NCBI RefSeq assembly: GCF_006345805.1
Contig: NC_043005.1
Coordinates: 45,632,001 to 45,696,000 of the forward strand
Reading direction: 5' to 3'
Origin: Octopus sinensis
Lineage: Eukaryota
Length of the DNA stretch: 64,000 bases
The position numbers and the translations under genes are program-made. The notes under the pieces are model-generated. The model was not told the origin of the DNA. It searched no databases and saw only the letters and a program-made list of their open reading frames with translations. Within the stretch, counting starts at the first letter, position 1. Each line of letters starts with the position of its first letter. Positions 12,886 to 25,389 of this stretch are shown here, in pieces.

Positions 12886-13818
12886 GACGATATATTTTCT
12901 CAAAGTAATCTAAGCTCATTAATAAATTGATTGTGTAATTAATGTGTCATAAATTATCTCATATTAAAAATAGAGATGATTTAATATTTATTTCTGAATA
13001 TTTACAATCCCTTTTTTACTACTCCTGTATTGGCAAATGAATTCTGAAGATTACAAAAACTACACATTGCATAGATTGCCTTCAACAGAACTACATTCTT
13101 CTTGTTTATTATCATGTAATTCAGAGAAGATTTGGCTGCTATTTCTTGCATGGTCAGAAATCACACAAAATTTTTGTTTGCATTGCAACAGCAATCAGCA
13201 CACTTGATATGTCAGCAACAGAGGCTTTTGACTGGCTAAAATTATATGACTTTAAATGCATGTAGCATCTTTGTTGATAATTTCTAGAAAAAATAAATGC
13301 GATTTTCATCATCATAGGCAAAACTTACACCAGAACTACATTTTGAAAATAATCTGGTGAAAATTTGGAAAGCTTCAAGTACTTGAAAGGAATTTAACAA
13401 GATCCGTTTCTTTACAAATCATTTTTGTTTTTCTGTGTATGTGTATGATGGACAGCTAGATATTATGTCTCTAAGGTATGTGGAGGAGGGGGGATCTGTG
13501 TGCATGGACTCTCTCTGTCTCTCTTTTTCTGTCAGTTTCTCTCTCTCTTTATGGACTAACTGTCTCACTGTGTGCATAGACTGAATGGATTGTATCTCTC
13601 TCTCTCTCTTGCTTTCTCTATCTCTCTCTCTTTCTTTTTCTCTGTGTTTGGGTTATCTGTTTGTCTCTGTGTATATGGACTGTCTTCCTCTCTTTCTCTC
13701 TCTGTCTTTCTCTTTTTCTCTCTGACTTTGGGTTGTCTACCTCTACGTACATGAAATCTCTCTCTCTCTTTCTTTCCCTCTGAGCTTGGGTTATCTGGAC
13801 TGTCTTTCTTTCTTTCTT

Positions 13819-13860
<42 letters not shown>

Positions 13861-14826
13861 CTTCTTATCTTCCTTTCTTTCTCTATGGACCATCACTGTC
13901 TATTTGTATATAGACTGCTTCAGTGTCTTTATGAGTGTGGAAACGTGTCTATCTTTCTCTGGACACACTGTATCTCTGTCTCTGTGAATGTACAGAATGT
14001 CTCTATATGAATATAAGACCATCAGTCTTTCTACAAGTGGAACTCTCAGTCTGTCTGTGAGTAAACTGTTTGAGTATGCATGTAAATTCTGTATATATGT
14101 AGATAGTCAGCTACTGTGCAACTTTAGCCTATCTATCTTTGTCTATGGACCTTTTCTATGTGTGTGTATGTGAATGGATTGCTTCTATGTATCTTTCTGA
14201 CTACCTCAGTCACCTTATCCATCCATTTCATTACTAGAAGAATACTGACACCACTTTGTCCATCATTGCTACCCACCCAGAAAAACTTGTATCTATGTCT
14301 CTTGCTTGTAAGCAGTCTAGCTGAGACTCCCCTCCATCATACTTCTTGCATGCAGCATACATCTACACACCTCCACTCAAGCATTTCGATTAGCTTTCCA
14401 TTGTGCCAACATTAATTGTGGCAACTCTGAGCTTGTAGATCTGGGAAGAAGGTTGGGGGTATGTTTTCAGATCTGGAAAGAAAAATATCTTTGAGGCTGC
14501 ATGCCTGGAGGCAAAGGATCCTTGTGCTTAGTGTGAAGCATGAGTTACAATTACTGTTCCAATTTCCTTCAATCTTGAAACGCCTTCATGGGTATGCACA
14601 TACATGCATATAAATGTAAGCATACAAGCACATACATATAATTATGTGCACAAATATATATGTCTGTAGTTCAATACACCTGCTCATGGATGGGAAAACA
14701 AACATACATAAACATTCAGCATGTGTGCATGTGCACCAGCTTCCTTCACAGAGGTGGTAGTGAGGGATGGGTGGGAGGTAAAAAGAGATTCAGTTGAGAT
14801 CGCACAAGATGTTCTTCCATGAAGGT

Positions 14827-14866
<40 letters not shown>

Positions 14867-16322
14867 CATACACATATATTCATACATACATATATATATG
14901 TATATATTTACAGACATACACATATATATATATATATATTTGCATACACATATATATACACACACATGTGTGTGTGTAGGTAGCAATGTAAAATTTAATA
15001 AAGAATTTATTTGTAATTATACTATAATTATATTAATTAATTAGTATTATTATAATCATGACAGGTCAAGAAAATAGCCCAAAATTGAAGTACTTGGAAT
15101 TAGTTTGATTAAATTATAAAAACAAAAATTAAATTAAATTTTTAATAAATAAATAAATAATTAAATGTAAAATATGGAAGATATTTTCATAAAAGATCTA
15201 GTAAAGATTTCAACCAGCGATATCATTCGATTAAATTGTTTTAGCATTTGGGGAAAGTTTTATTGATGTGATCACAGCTATTTTTAGATGTTTTTCCATT
15301 ATTTTTATGCTTGCATTATACAAATTAAAGTCAAAAATACACTGCTACAAATGGAAATATTAAATACAGCATTGAATATTGTTAAGCCATGTTTGAATAC
15401 AGCTTGTTTTATTTACTAGTTATATCTCAGTACAAACTAAAATTACAAAAATTTTGTTCCTTATTTATTTAGATTTTTCTTCATTTTTTTTCTGTTTTCA
15501 CCTTTTATATTTTTGTTTTGTTTGTTTTCTTTCCATTTTTTTTTTCGTTTTTGTTTCTGTTTTGTTGTTGTGTATTGTTTTGTTTTATTTTGTTATTCCT
15601 ATTGTATTGTGCACCGAAATTGATTTTGGTACAATTCTACCCTATTATGTTGAACTGAAACTGGCTAGAATCCAATATAAAGTCTTATAGAATTATTTCT
15701 TCAAAAAAAGAAAAAAGTAAATAAATAAATAAAAGGAAGAAAGAAAGAAAGAAAAAAGAAAGAAAGAGAGAAGAAAAGTGGGAGGAGAAGGTTAATGAAA
15801 CATTTGTTATTGTTACATTTTTGGTGTGATTCCACCACCAGATATGGAAGTGGAATCACAGACTGAGTGTGTTCATGTATGGATGATGGATCGATGGTTC
15901 ATATCTTGTTATAGCTGTCACAGTGTGTCCCTGACCTAAAATACTATACTCCCCACCCCAGTTCCAACTCAATACTCTTAGTTGCAAAAAAAACTTCCCA
16001 TAATAAATAGGGAATAGGGAGTCTGAGCCAATAAGGGAGCCTCTACATGGTTGCTCGATCTGCTAGAAATAGCACCTAAATCTTCCTCAAAGTCATACCC
16101 TGTCTTCTTACTTGAACACACACACCCATACATACACACACACACAAATAGATATAATGTTTTGAATAATGTGGTCCTAGGTTTTCCTGCACATAGTATG
16201 GAGAACCAGTCATGGCTAGAATACCTTTGATCATAGGTCTGCTTGATAAGAATTGACCAAGAATCATATATATATATATATATATATTATATATACATAT
16301 ATATGTATATATATATATATAT

Positions 16323-16384
<62 letters not shown>

Positions 16385-16690
16385 TGTATTCCATTATTTT
16401 TTTGTTTTTTTATATTCGTCCTTTTGCTGTCCTGGTGTCCGTATGCATTCGATCCTTCTTCCAGGAAATCTACGCTCCCAGCTTAGTTTTTCTAATTCTC
16501 GTTGCTTAGTTTTTCTTGGAGGGCTGGCCGTGATCTAGTAATCTCAAGATTAATCAGCCGAAATTACTACGATGATCCGGTTCTTGACTGAGACTGAGGG
16601 TTTCGAATGTCCTGTGTCCGTGTTTATTGTATCGTCTTCTAAGAGTTATACGTTCTTGTCCATGTTGTATTTTTCTACATACCTTAATAA
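16385..16690. mobile_element. CpG-rich cassette in (TA)n, possibly Penelope-derived
   Basis: Unique about 300-bp block bounded on both sides by (TA)n; partly self-complementary around 16518-16570. Confidence 0.4.
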
Positions 16691-16779
16691 TATATATATA
16701 TATATATATATAATCTGTATATATATATAATTTTAATCCAACGGGAAAACAAAAAACCACAACAATGGAACAATTACAG

Positions 16780-16810
<31 letters not shown>

Positions 16811-16954
16811 ATATAATATATATATAATGTGTGTATGTGTATGTATGTGTGGTGTTTGTGTATGTATGTGTAGTTGTGTGTTTGTGTATGTATGTGTATG
16901 TGTGTTGTGTGTGTATGTGTGTGTATGTTGTGTAAGTGTGTTTTGTGTGTGTGT

Positions 16955-17330
16955 GCTGGTAAGGCCTAAAAATTTCCCATGCTGGTGTCACACAAAATGC
17001 ACCCATGGTAGTGCTAAGTAAAAAGTACCTGTGGTGGTGCCATGTAAAAAGCACTCATGCCAGTGCTCCATAAAAAGCACCCATGTTGATGCCTCATATA
17101 GAGCACATGCACCAGTGCCATGTATAAAGCACTTGTGTTGGCATCATGCGAAAAAGCACCAGTGGCCGGTCCCAGTACATTATGTAGAGAGTTGGTGTTA
17201 TGAAGGGCATCCAGCCATAGAAACCATGCCAAAACTGACAATTGGAGCTTGGTGCAGTTCTCTAGTTTGCCAGCTTCTGTCAAACTGTCCAACCCATATC
17301 AACATAGAAAACCGATGTTAAATGATGATA
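16955..17330 (+). mobile_element. Family C repeat with internal tandem units and long (GAT)n tail
   Basis: Family C tail motif; (GAT)n extends to about 17417. Confidence 0.75.
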
Positions 17331-17439
17331 ATGATGATGGCGATAATAACGATGATGATGATGATGATTATGATGATGATGATGGTGATGATAATGATGA
17401 TGATGATGATGATGATGTTATACTATGGGCTTTCTTCAG

Positions 17440-17675
17440 TTTCTTATTTCTTTGCTGCTCATAAGGGGCTAAACGTAGAGGGGACAAACAAGGACAAACA
17501 AAGGGATTAAGTCGATTACATCGACCCCAGTGTGTAACTGGTACTTATTTAATTGACCTCGAAAGGATGAAAGGCTAAGTTGACCTTGGCAGATTTTGAA
17601 CTCAGAATGTAGCGGCAAACGAAATACCACTAAGCATTTCATCCGGCATGCTAACATTTCTGCCAACTCACCGCT
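17440..17675 (-). mobile_element. tRNA-derived SINE family B inserted in a family A head
   Basis: Family B body; flanks ctttcttcagttt / ctttttccagttt resemble a TSD within family A sequence. Confidence 0.8.
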
Positions 17676-18041
17676 TTTTCCAGTTTTTGTCTACCAAATC
17701 CACTCACAGAGCTTTGTTTAACCTGGGGCCATTGTAGAAGACCCTTGTTACTAGCCCAAGGTGCCATGCAGTGAGACAGAACCGAAAACACCATGATTGG
17801 AAAGCGAGCTTCTTGAGCACACAGCCACACCTGAGTAATAGATGAAGGCCACTGATCCTTTTATGAGAAGAAGTAAAAAAATTGTTGGAAACTAGAAGTA
17901 AGCTGGTGGATCTATTGGTGTGAAGAATGGAAAGTGTAACGTATCCTGCTCTTGTAATTCAGTGGAGAGGAGAGATAATGAAGGTGTTGTTGACTTAGCT
18001 GTCAGCAGTGAAAGAAGATGAAAGATATAGTGAAGATGGTG

Positions 18042-18085
<44 letters not shown>

Positions 18086-18699
18086 TGCATTTGAGTGAAT
18101 GTGTGTGTGAGTGCATTTGAGTGAATGTGTGTGAGTGTGCATGTGTGTGTGGATGTTTGTGTGCATGTGTGTGTGCATGTGTGTGTGTGTGTGCGTGTGT
18201 GTGAATGTGTGTGCATGTGTGCGCGTGCGTGTATGTGTGTGTGTGCATGTGTGTGTGTGGAGAGAGAGAGAGAAAGAAGGGAAATATTGGGCAAAGAGAG
18301 GTGATGCGAGTACAGAATGCTGATAAATTCACTTGCTGTAAGGGAGTGGAAAGTGGAAAGTTTCAGTGTCTGGTAATTCAGTGGAGAGTTGTGAAAGACG
18401 AAGATGAAGTTGGCCAAGCTGTCAGCAGTGAATGAAGAGGGAAGATGCGGTGAAAAGAAGGTGTGTGAGCGGAGTGAGGGAAGAAGATCAAAGAAGAATT
18501 GGAAGAAGCGTTGTGTATACTCTTTAACATAATATTATCTGTTGATAACCAAAGAGGTTGACCTCTATGTGCTGACCTAACATGCTCAAAATAACAACCA
18601 AATCTCCCTCAACACTAATCCTACAATCTCCCCAAATAGAACATATTGGAGAAAGTATTAAGAAATATACAGAGTCTCTGGATAGTTACAGCTGGCATA

Positions 18700-19065
18700 T
18701 CCTTGGTAATAAGCTGTGTAATCGGAAATGTTCAGCATATTCAACAGACTGGCGCCCAGTTGGCTACTATGACGAAGGTTCCAGTTGATTCGATCAATGG
18801 AACAGCTGCATGTGAAAACAATATGCAAGTGGCAGAGCATTCCACTGACACATGTCCCCTTAATATAGTCCTCAAGGAGATTCAGCATGACACAGAATGT
18901 GGTAAATCTGGCCCTTTGAATTACCGGTACTACTCATTTTTGTCAGCTGAGTGGATTGGAGCAACATGAAATAGTGTCTTGCTCAAGGACACAACACGTC
19001 GCTGGGAATTGAACTCATGACCTTACGATCATGAGCTGAATGCCCTAACCACTAAGCCACAAGCC
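18700..19065 (-). mobile_element. SINE family D (CORE-like)
   Basis: Body aacagctgcatgtgaaa...gattcagcatgacacag...ggccctttgaa, then the CORE block and tRNA head; a second copy lies at 19200-19460. Confidence 0.85.
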
Positions 19066-20088
19066 TTCACAAGCATGTATACACACACACACACACACAC
19101 ACACTCAATATATGAGTAATGTGAAACAAAAAGTCTTGTTCAAGGACAAAACACACCCCAGAAAATTGACCTCGTGACCTTACGAAATTTCAGCCTGTTC
19201 TTGAAATTAATGTGCAAGTAGCTGATCATTTCACAGACACAGGTACCCTAAATGTAGTTCTCGGGGATATTCAGCATGAAACACTGAATGTGACAAGGCT
19301 GGCCCTTTGAATTACAGATACAACTCATTATTACCAGCTGAGTGGACTGCGGAAACATGAAATAAAGTGTCTTGCTCAAGGACACAATGTGCTGCCAGGA
19401 ATTGAACTCACAACCTTACAACCATAAGCCAAATACCTGAACCACTATGCTATGCACCTTCACAGGTTCGATAATAACAACCACAGCCAAGCATTCATTA
19501 ATGAAACAAGTGTAAGCTCTTGGGGTACATTCAGCAGAATCCATGCTGTTACAAGCATTCAAGTCAAGTGCCTGGCTGAAGGATAATTTACTCCCTTTCT
19601 CCCACCACTCCTCAGAGTCTTTGTAAAAGATCATAGGCTCTGCCCTTCCTCCTCTCACTAAATGATAAAATCTTTGCCTTTAACTTTTACTTGTTTCAGC
19701 TGTTGAACTGTGGCCATGCTGGAGCACTACCTCGAAGGGTTGAGTCGAACAAATCAACCCCCAGTAGTTACTTTTGAGCAATATTTATTCTGTCAATCTC
19801 TCTTGCCAAACCACTGGGTCACAGGGATGTAAACAAACCAACACCAGTTGCCAAGCAATGGAGACAAACACAAAAAATGAAGACACATACATATAAACTT
19901 GCAAACACACACACACGCACACATACATACACGCACATACAGAATACTATGTTATTTACCATGAGAACCTCTCATATTAATTTGTGGTGCATATAAACAC
20001 TCATGTTTATATCGCTAATGAATATGTATGTATGCATGTATAAATGTATGTATGTGTGTATAAATGCATTTATATATGTATGTGTGTG

Positions 20089-20119
<31 letters not shown>

Positions 20120-20123
<4 letters not shown>

Positions 20124-20335
20124 AATGTGATCGTGTGTATATCGTTGGCGATTTTTTTCCTTCGTCTACCCTTTATTGGATCTTTCCTTTCCTATGTTTC
20201 TGACGAAGAGCTCCACTCGAAACGTTAAATCCTCCTTCTTTCTTTCCTTTCCTGAGCATCCAATAACACTATACTTGTTCCACGTCCTCGCGTTGTTGTG
20301 TTTTCTCTTTGTGTTTCCATGTTTGGATTAACTTT
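20120..20335 (+). mobile_element. Penelope-pLTR-like cassette containing a minimal hammerhead motif
   Basis: gtttCTGACGAagagctccactcGAAAcgttaaat at 20196-20230; (TA)-rich repeats on both sides. Confidence 0.55.
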
Positions 20336-20595
20336 ATATATACAGTATATATATGCATATATTTATGTGTGTGGGTATATATAAATATGTTTATATGTAT
20401 GTGTGTATATATAAATATGTGTATATATAGATATATATATATATATATATATGAATGTGTGTGTACATGTGTGACTGTAAGTATACAAGAAGACACCCAA
20501 GGTGCCACTAAGCAGTGTCAGCAGCAGCAGTGGTGGTGGTGGCAGTAGTAGTAGTTGTAGTAGTAGTAGTAGTAGTAGTGGTGGTGATGGTGGTG

Positions 20596-20644
<49 letters not shown>

Positions 20645-21230
20645 CAGCAGCAGCAACAGCAGCAGCATAAGTGACAATGGATTGGCAGGTTCATGAGAGT
20701 GTGACACAAAATTTGTGTCACACCCTAATGTTGCATTTGCTCCCGTTCTGTACGTTCTGAGTTCGAAACCATTGAGGTCATCCCAGTGACTGTTCCTCCA
20801 CCTCAAATGAAATGTTAGAAATAACCTGAAGGCATGCCAATACTTCTTTACTAAAATAGTTATTTATAGGGGTGGGGGAAATGTTATTTTGTGCACAAAA
20901 TATCACGAATAAAATCTTGCAGTACGTACTTCAACAAATTGCAATATCTCATTACACAAACCGACAGACTGTCCTTGAAAAATATCTAGGAAAAAGTATC
21001 CATTCTGTGTGCTGGAGCATTATTTCATAGAAGACAAAAAAAAAATAATAAAACACTGACATTTAGATGTTTTCTATTTCATGATGGAAATAAATTAATT
21101 TTCAAAACTGGCATATTCCTCCTGTACCAGTTTCTCATTTATTTGTGCCAATGATGCAATGTTGGGCTACCACAACGTTTTTTATACATTACTTGTGTCT
21201 TTGAAAAAAAATACTGAATAACTAGTTTTG

Positions 21231-21292
<62 letters not shown>

Positions 21293-21307
21293 CTATATAT
21301 TATATAT

Positions 21308-21507
21308 CATATTCTGTTGTGTCTGGGGAGAGTCATTCTCTTTTAGTGCCTTATTATTTAACACACTCACCGGTAAAGTTTCCACTCATTTACTTATTTA
21401 TTTTTCCTAAACTTTTAATTTCAAGATGTAATGAAAATTCACTGGTGAGTGTGTTAAATAATAAGGCACTAAAAGAAAATGACTCTCCCCAGACACAACA
21501 AAATATG
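21308..21507. repeat. 200-bp fold-back inverted repeat
   Basis: Arms 21308-21374 and 21441-21507 match at 64 of 67 nt; the right arm and its continuation recur singly at about 37162-37245. Confidence 0.92.
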
Positions 21508-21757
21508 CTTCAACACACGAACTCACATAAAGTCTCTTGCAAACCAAATCCAAAAACGAAGTATATATATATATATATATTCATCATCATCAACTTTTAG
21601 CATGTTTTCTAGCCATAAAAGCCATGCCAAAGCAGACAGTGGAGCTTGGTGCAGTCCTTTAGCTTGCCAGATCCTGTCAAACCAGCCAACCCCTGCCACC
21701 ATGGAAAATAGATATTCAATGATGATGATAATATATATATAAATATATATATGATGT

Positions 21758-21800
<43 letters not shown>

Positions 21801-21803
21801 CAT

Positions 21804-22460
21804 AATGAGGGCAAAGGAAAAAAAATTCTAATGCCAAATATGCCGAAAAATTGGACATATTGTCCATTAACCATATAATTTTTTCACAATACGCATGCTA
21901 CTCGAAAAAAGGTCGACAGAAATTTCTAAAAAATTCCATCATTACCATATCGGACCGATTTCAGAGTTAGCTACTAAGAGCCCTCTCTTCGTCAGTGATA
22001 CATGTGGCAAAAGAAATAACTGAGATACTTACTCATACCCATGGAAGAAGCAAATACTAAGTCATGGGCACAACTAAGTACCCCAAATACATCCAAAATA
22101 GAAATACTCCAGCCCATTCGAGGCACGTGCGATTTGAACTGAGGCTCTCACAGAGTGAGTTAGTTAGTTCGGAAGTGAACGCTTAAATTTATATCAAATG
22201 TGAGGATAAAATTCTTTTCGAAAAAAAATATTTTCTCCAAAAAAATTTTATCAATGGCCAGCATATTAAAAAATACCTTTAACGGTTAAATTTATAAACA
22301 ATTCAGAAATGAGGGCAAAGGAAAAAAAGTTCTAATGCCAAATATGCCGAAAAATTGGACACATTGTCCATTAACCATATAATTTTTTCACAATACGCAC
22401 GCTACTTGTTCGAGAAAATATTTTTTTTTCGAAAAGAATTTTATCCTCACATTTGATATA
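21804..22460 (-). mobile_element. Non-autonomous Penelope/retrozyme-like element with direct and inverted terminal segments
   Basis: 99-bp direct repeat at 21804-21902 / 22308-22406 (3 mismatches, offset 504); inverted copy 22190-22237 / 22412-22460; internal hammerhead; (TA)n on both sides. Confidence 0.65.
21940..22004 (-). ncRNA. Type I hammerhead ribozyme motif
   Basis: Minus strand reads UAUCA-CUGACGA-AGAG..CUCU-GAAA-UCGgucCGA-UA-UGGUA: conserved core, 4-bp stem II, 4-bp stem III, 5-bp stem I, AUA cleavage triplet. Confidence 0.75.
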
Positions 22461-22476
22461 TATATATATAATATAT

Positions 22477-22582
<106 letters not shown>

Positions 22583-24248
22583 TGTAAATATCACATGATC
22601 ACATGATCGACCAGATTATCAAATGATGTTATATATCACTGATCACAATGCACTTTGCATCATTTTAACTTTTGAAGGGTGCCACTCCACTGTTTAGGCA
22701 AGCAGGCCAACATTACTCCTAACTGGAAGTTATTAGTTAAAGTTAAGGTAAAGTTATCTTTTTGAACCATGCTGACTCATAATGGCCAGATTCCCAGTTT
22801 CATTGCAGGATTACTCATTTTTGCCAGTTGAGTGGACTGGAGCAATATGAAATGAAATGTTTTGCTCAAGAACACAATGCGCTGCCTGGTCCAGGAATTG
22901 AAACCACAATCTTACAATCATGAGTTCAACACCCTAACCACTAAGCCATTAGAAGCTATTCTAATGCAAGGTTACCCATTTACAGCTGACTGAACTGGAT
23001 CATTGCGAGATGAAGTGTTTTGCTCAAAAACACAATGCGTTCCCTGGTCCAAGAATGGAACCCAAAATCTAGTGATCATGAGTGCAACATCCTAACCATG
23101 AGATTATTGTGTGGAAAGTGAGATGGAGAAAGAAAGTTTGATAGAAGAGGATGAGACAAATAAAGAAGAAAAAGAAAAGAAAAGGATAGATAAAATGTAA
23201 AGAGAAAGACTATGGCAAACATGTAAAAAAAATAAGCAAAAAATAAAACCTGCAAGTTGTAACAAGACTGCAGTGGAAATTAAATGAAAGGAAAGAAATT
23301 AGAGATTTTGAGACAGGATAACAGGAAAAACCTAAATCCATTAAGAAAATCACAGGAAGGTTAAAGCAGTGTATTAAAAAAGCTAGAATAATCTAATGCA
23401 AAAGAAAACTACTTCTTTCAGGCTTTGTATTCCTTGTTTTGTTTTTGTTCAATCTCTTCCTTTTGGCTGTTTCTTTGCCTATGTTGAATCTATCCCATAT
23501 TAGATTCTCTTTGCTATCAAATAAGAACACATTTCATTCAGCAGAACAATTTTATATTCATTAACTCAATTATATGATCGAAACAGTTCTAGAGAAATGT
23601 ACTAAATATTTGTGCACAAAATTGCATTGGTTGTAAAGGAAAATGAAGGAAAAATCTTGCAGAGATGGAAAGTGTTATTACAATCAAATGTAAGGTAAAT
23701 GAAGACATGTGAATTAGGAAAAAGGAGAAAAAAATTGACTTGCAATTATGATGTTGGCAAGTTCTCATAATCCAGTTTTTGCGCCATTCAAAATGTAAAA
23801 AAGAAGAGAAAGAAGTAATTACATCATCACCTCAATCTTGCAGATTCTGCACTTATTGTAGATATTTCAAAGGGCAGTAGGATTTGTGGTTACTGAAAAA
23901 GAACGTACATTTTGGTTACAAAATTGCTTTTAAATTTCACATTATACGGGAAACAGATTTGAATTGAATTCTAGAAACCAATGACAATCCAAGAATATAC
24001 CAAAGCCAAAATTTGTTTATAGACATCACCTTTTTACAATACCAAAATTCTAAGATCATGTTTGCCTTTTACTGTTTTTCTTATTGATTTGATAAGCACA
24101 CGGTGTGTAAAATTAACTCACTAACCAATGCATAGTGAACACAATTCAACCAATCAACAAAAGGAAATATGAAAATCTCAACCAATAGAAATAAAGAATT
24201 CAATGAGAACAGAACAAGCTTGTCACATAAAGAAATAATGAATCAACT

Positions 24249-24632
24249 ATCTTTTATCTTTTACTTGCTTCAGTCATTAGACGGTGGCCATGCTGGGGCA
24301 CTGCTTTGAAGAGATTTTAGTCAAAGAAATTGAACCCCTGTACTTTTTTATTAAGCTGAGTACTTATTCTACCGCTCATTTCCCTATAACTACCAAGTTA
24401 CAGAGATATAAATGCACCAACACCAGTTGCCAAGCAGTAGTGGAGGACAGACACAAACTACATATATATATGATGAACTTTTTTCAGTTTCTGTCTACCA
24501 AATTCACTTACAAGGCTATTGTCAGCCCAAAGCTATAGTAAAAGATACTTGCCCAAGTTGTCATATTGTGGGACTGAACCCAGAACCAGGTGGTTGGAAA
24601 GCAAGCTTCTTACCACACAGCCACACATATGC
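24249..24632 (-). mobile_element. SINE family A, full length
   Basis: Tail cttttatcttttacttg through head ttaccacacagccac. Confidence 0.85.
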
Positions 24633-25389
24633 ATATCATGAAAGTACCATTTCAATCATCTAAAAACACCCCAAAACTGTGTTATATTCGTTTTACATTT
24701 ATTTTGTTGTGAGATATCAAGATTTTTGGCATAACCCAGTGACCTGGTTTTTGACACAATGCCACCATGATAGTTAAAAATTTTGTTTGTGTTTATTCTT
24801 TTAGTCAAGAGGAAAGTATGATGCTGTCTATGATTCTTTACAGAGCCTCCAGAACAAGTATAACAGAGAGAGAGAGAGAGACAATGAGAGAGAGGGACAA
24901 TGAGAGAGAGACAATGAGAGAGAGAGACCACGAGAGAGAGAGACAATGAAAGAGAGAAAGAGATAATGAAAGAGAGAGGGAGAGAGAGAGTTGCATGCAT
25001 TCAGGGCAGGTGCTCGCAACTGAATAGAACTCTGTAATGGTACACAGATGCTGGGTTGTATAGTTAAACCAAGTGATGGAATAAGTGTAGAGCCTAAGTG
25101 CCAAGTAGGTCACCGTGACAATTGAACTCAAACACAAAGAGCTGAAAAAATACCGCCAGACATCTCCCCCAAAGCTTTAACATTTCTACCAATTCCATGC
25201 CCCAAACTGGTATTTTATTGATCTTAGAAGGATGAAAAGCAAAGTTTACCTTGGGATTTGAACTCAGAATGCAAAGTATTGGAGTAAACATCAATATTCA
25301 AATGACTGACAATTCACCACTTGTTAAAGTTACTAGTGAATAACAAATGTACATTAGAGGTGACTAAGATATGTGGCGCACTGCTGTAC

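Noticed and set aside
13323-13395. Minus-strand exon candidate (YLKLSKFSPDYFQNVVL) ending at gtaagt
   Set aside because: Several alternative acceptors, weak exon-side donor context, no recognisable domain and no partner exons
15600-15730. Polyadenylated 3' end of a gene or L1
   Set aside because: A-rich run with AATAAA repeats, but no upstream coding homology that I can recognise
16515-16575. Hammerhead in the 16.4-kb cassette
   Set aside because: Core reads CUCAAGA with no stem II or UH in register; better explained as a partial palindrome
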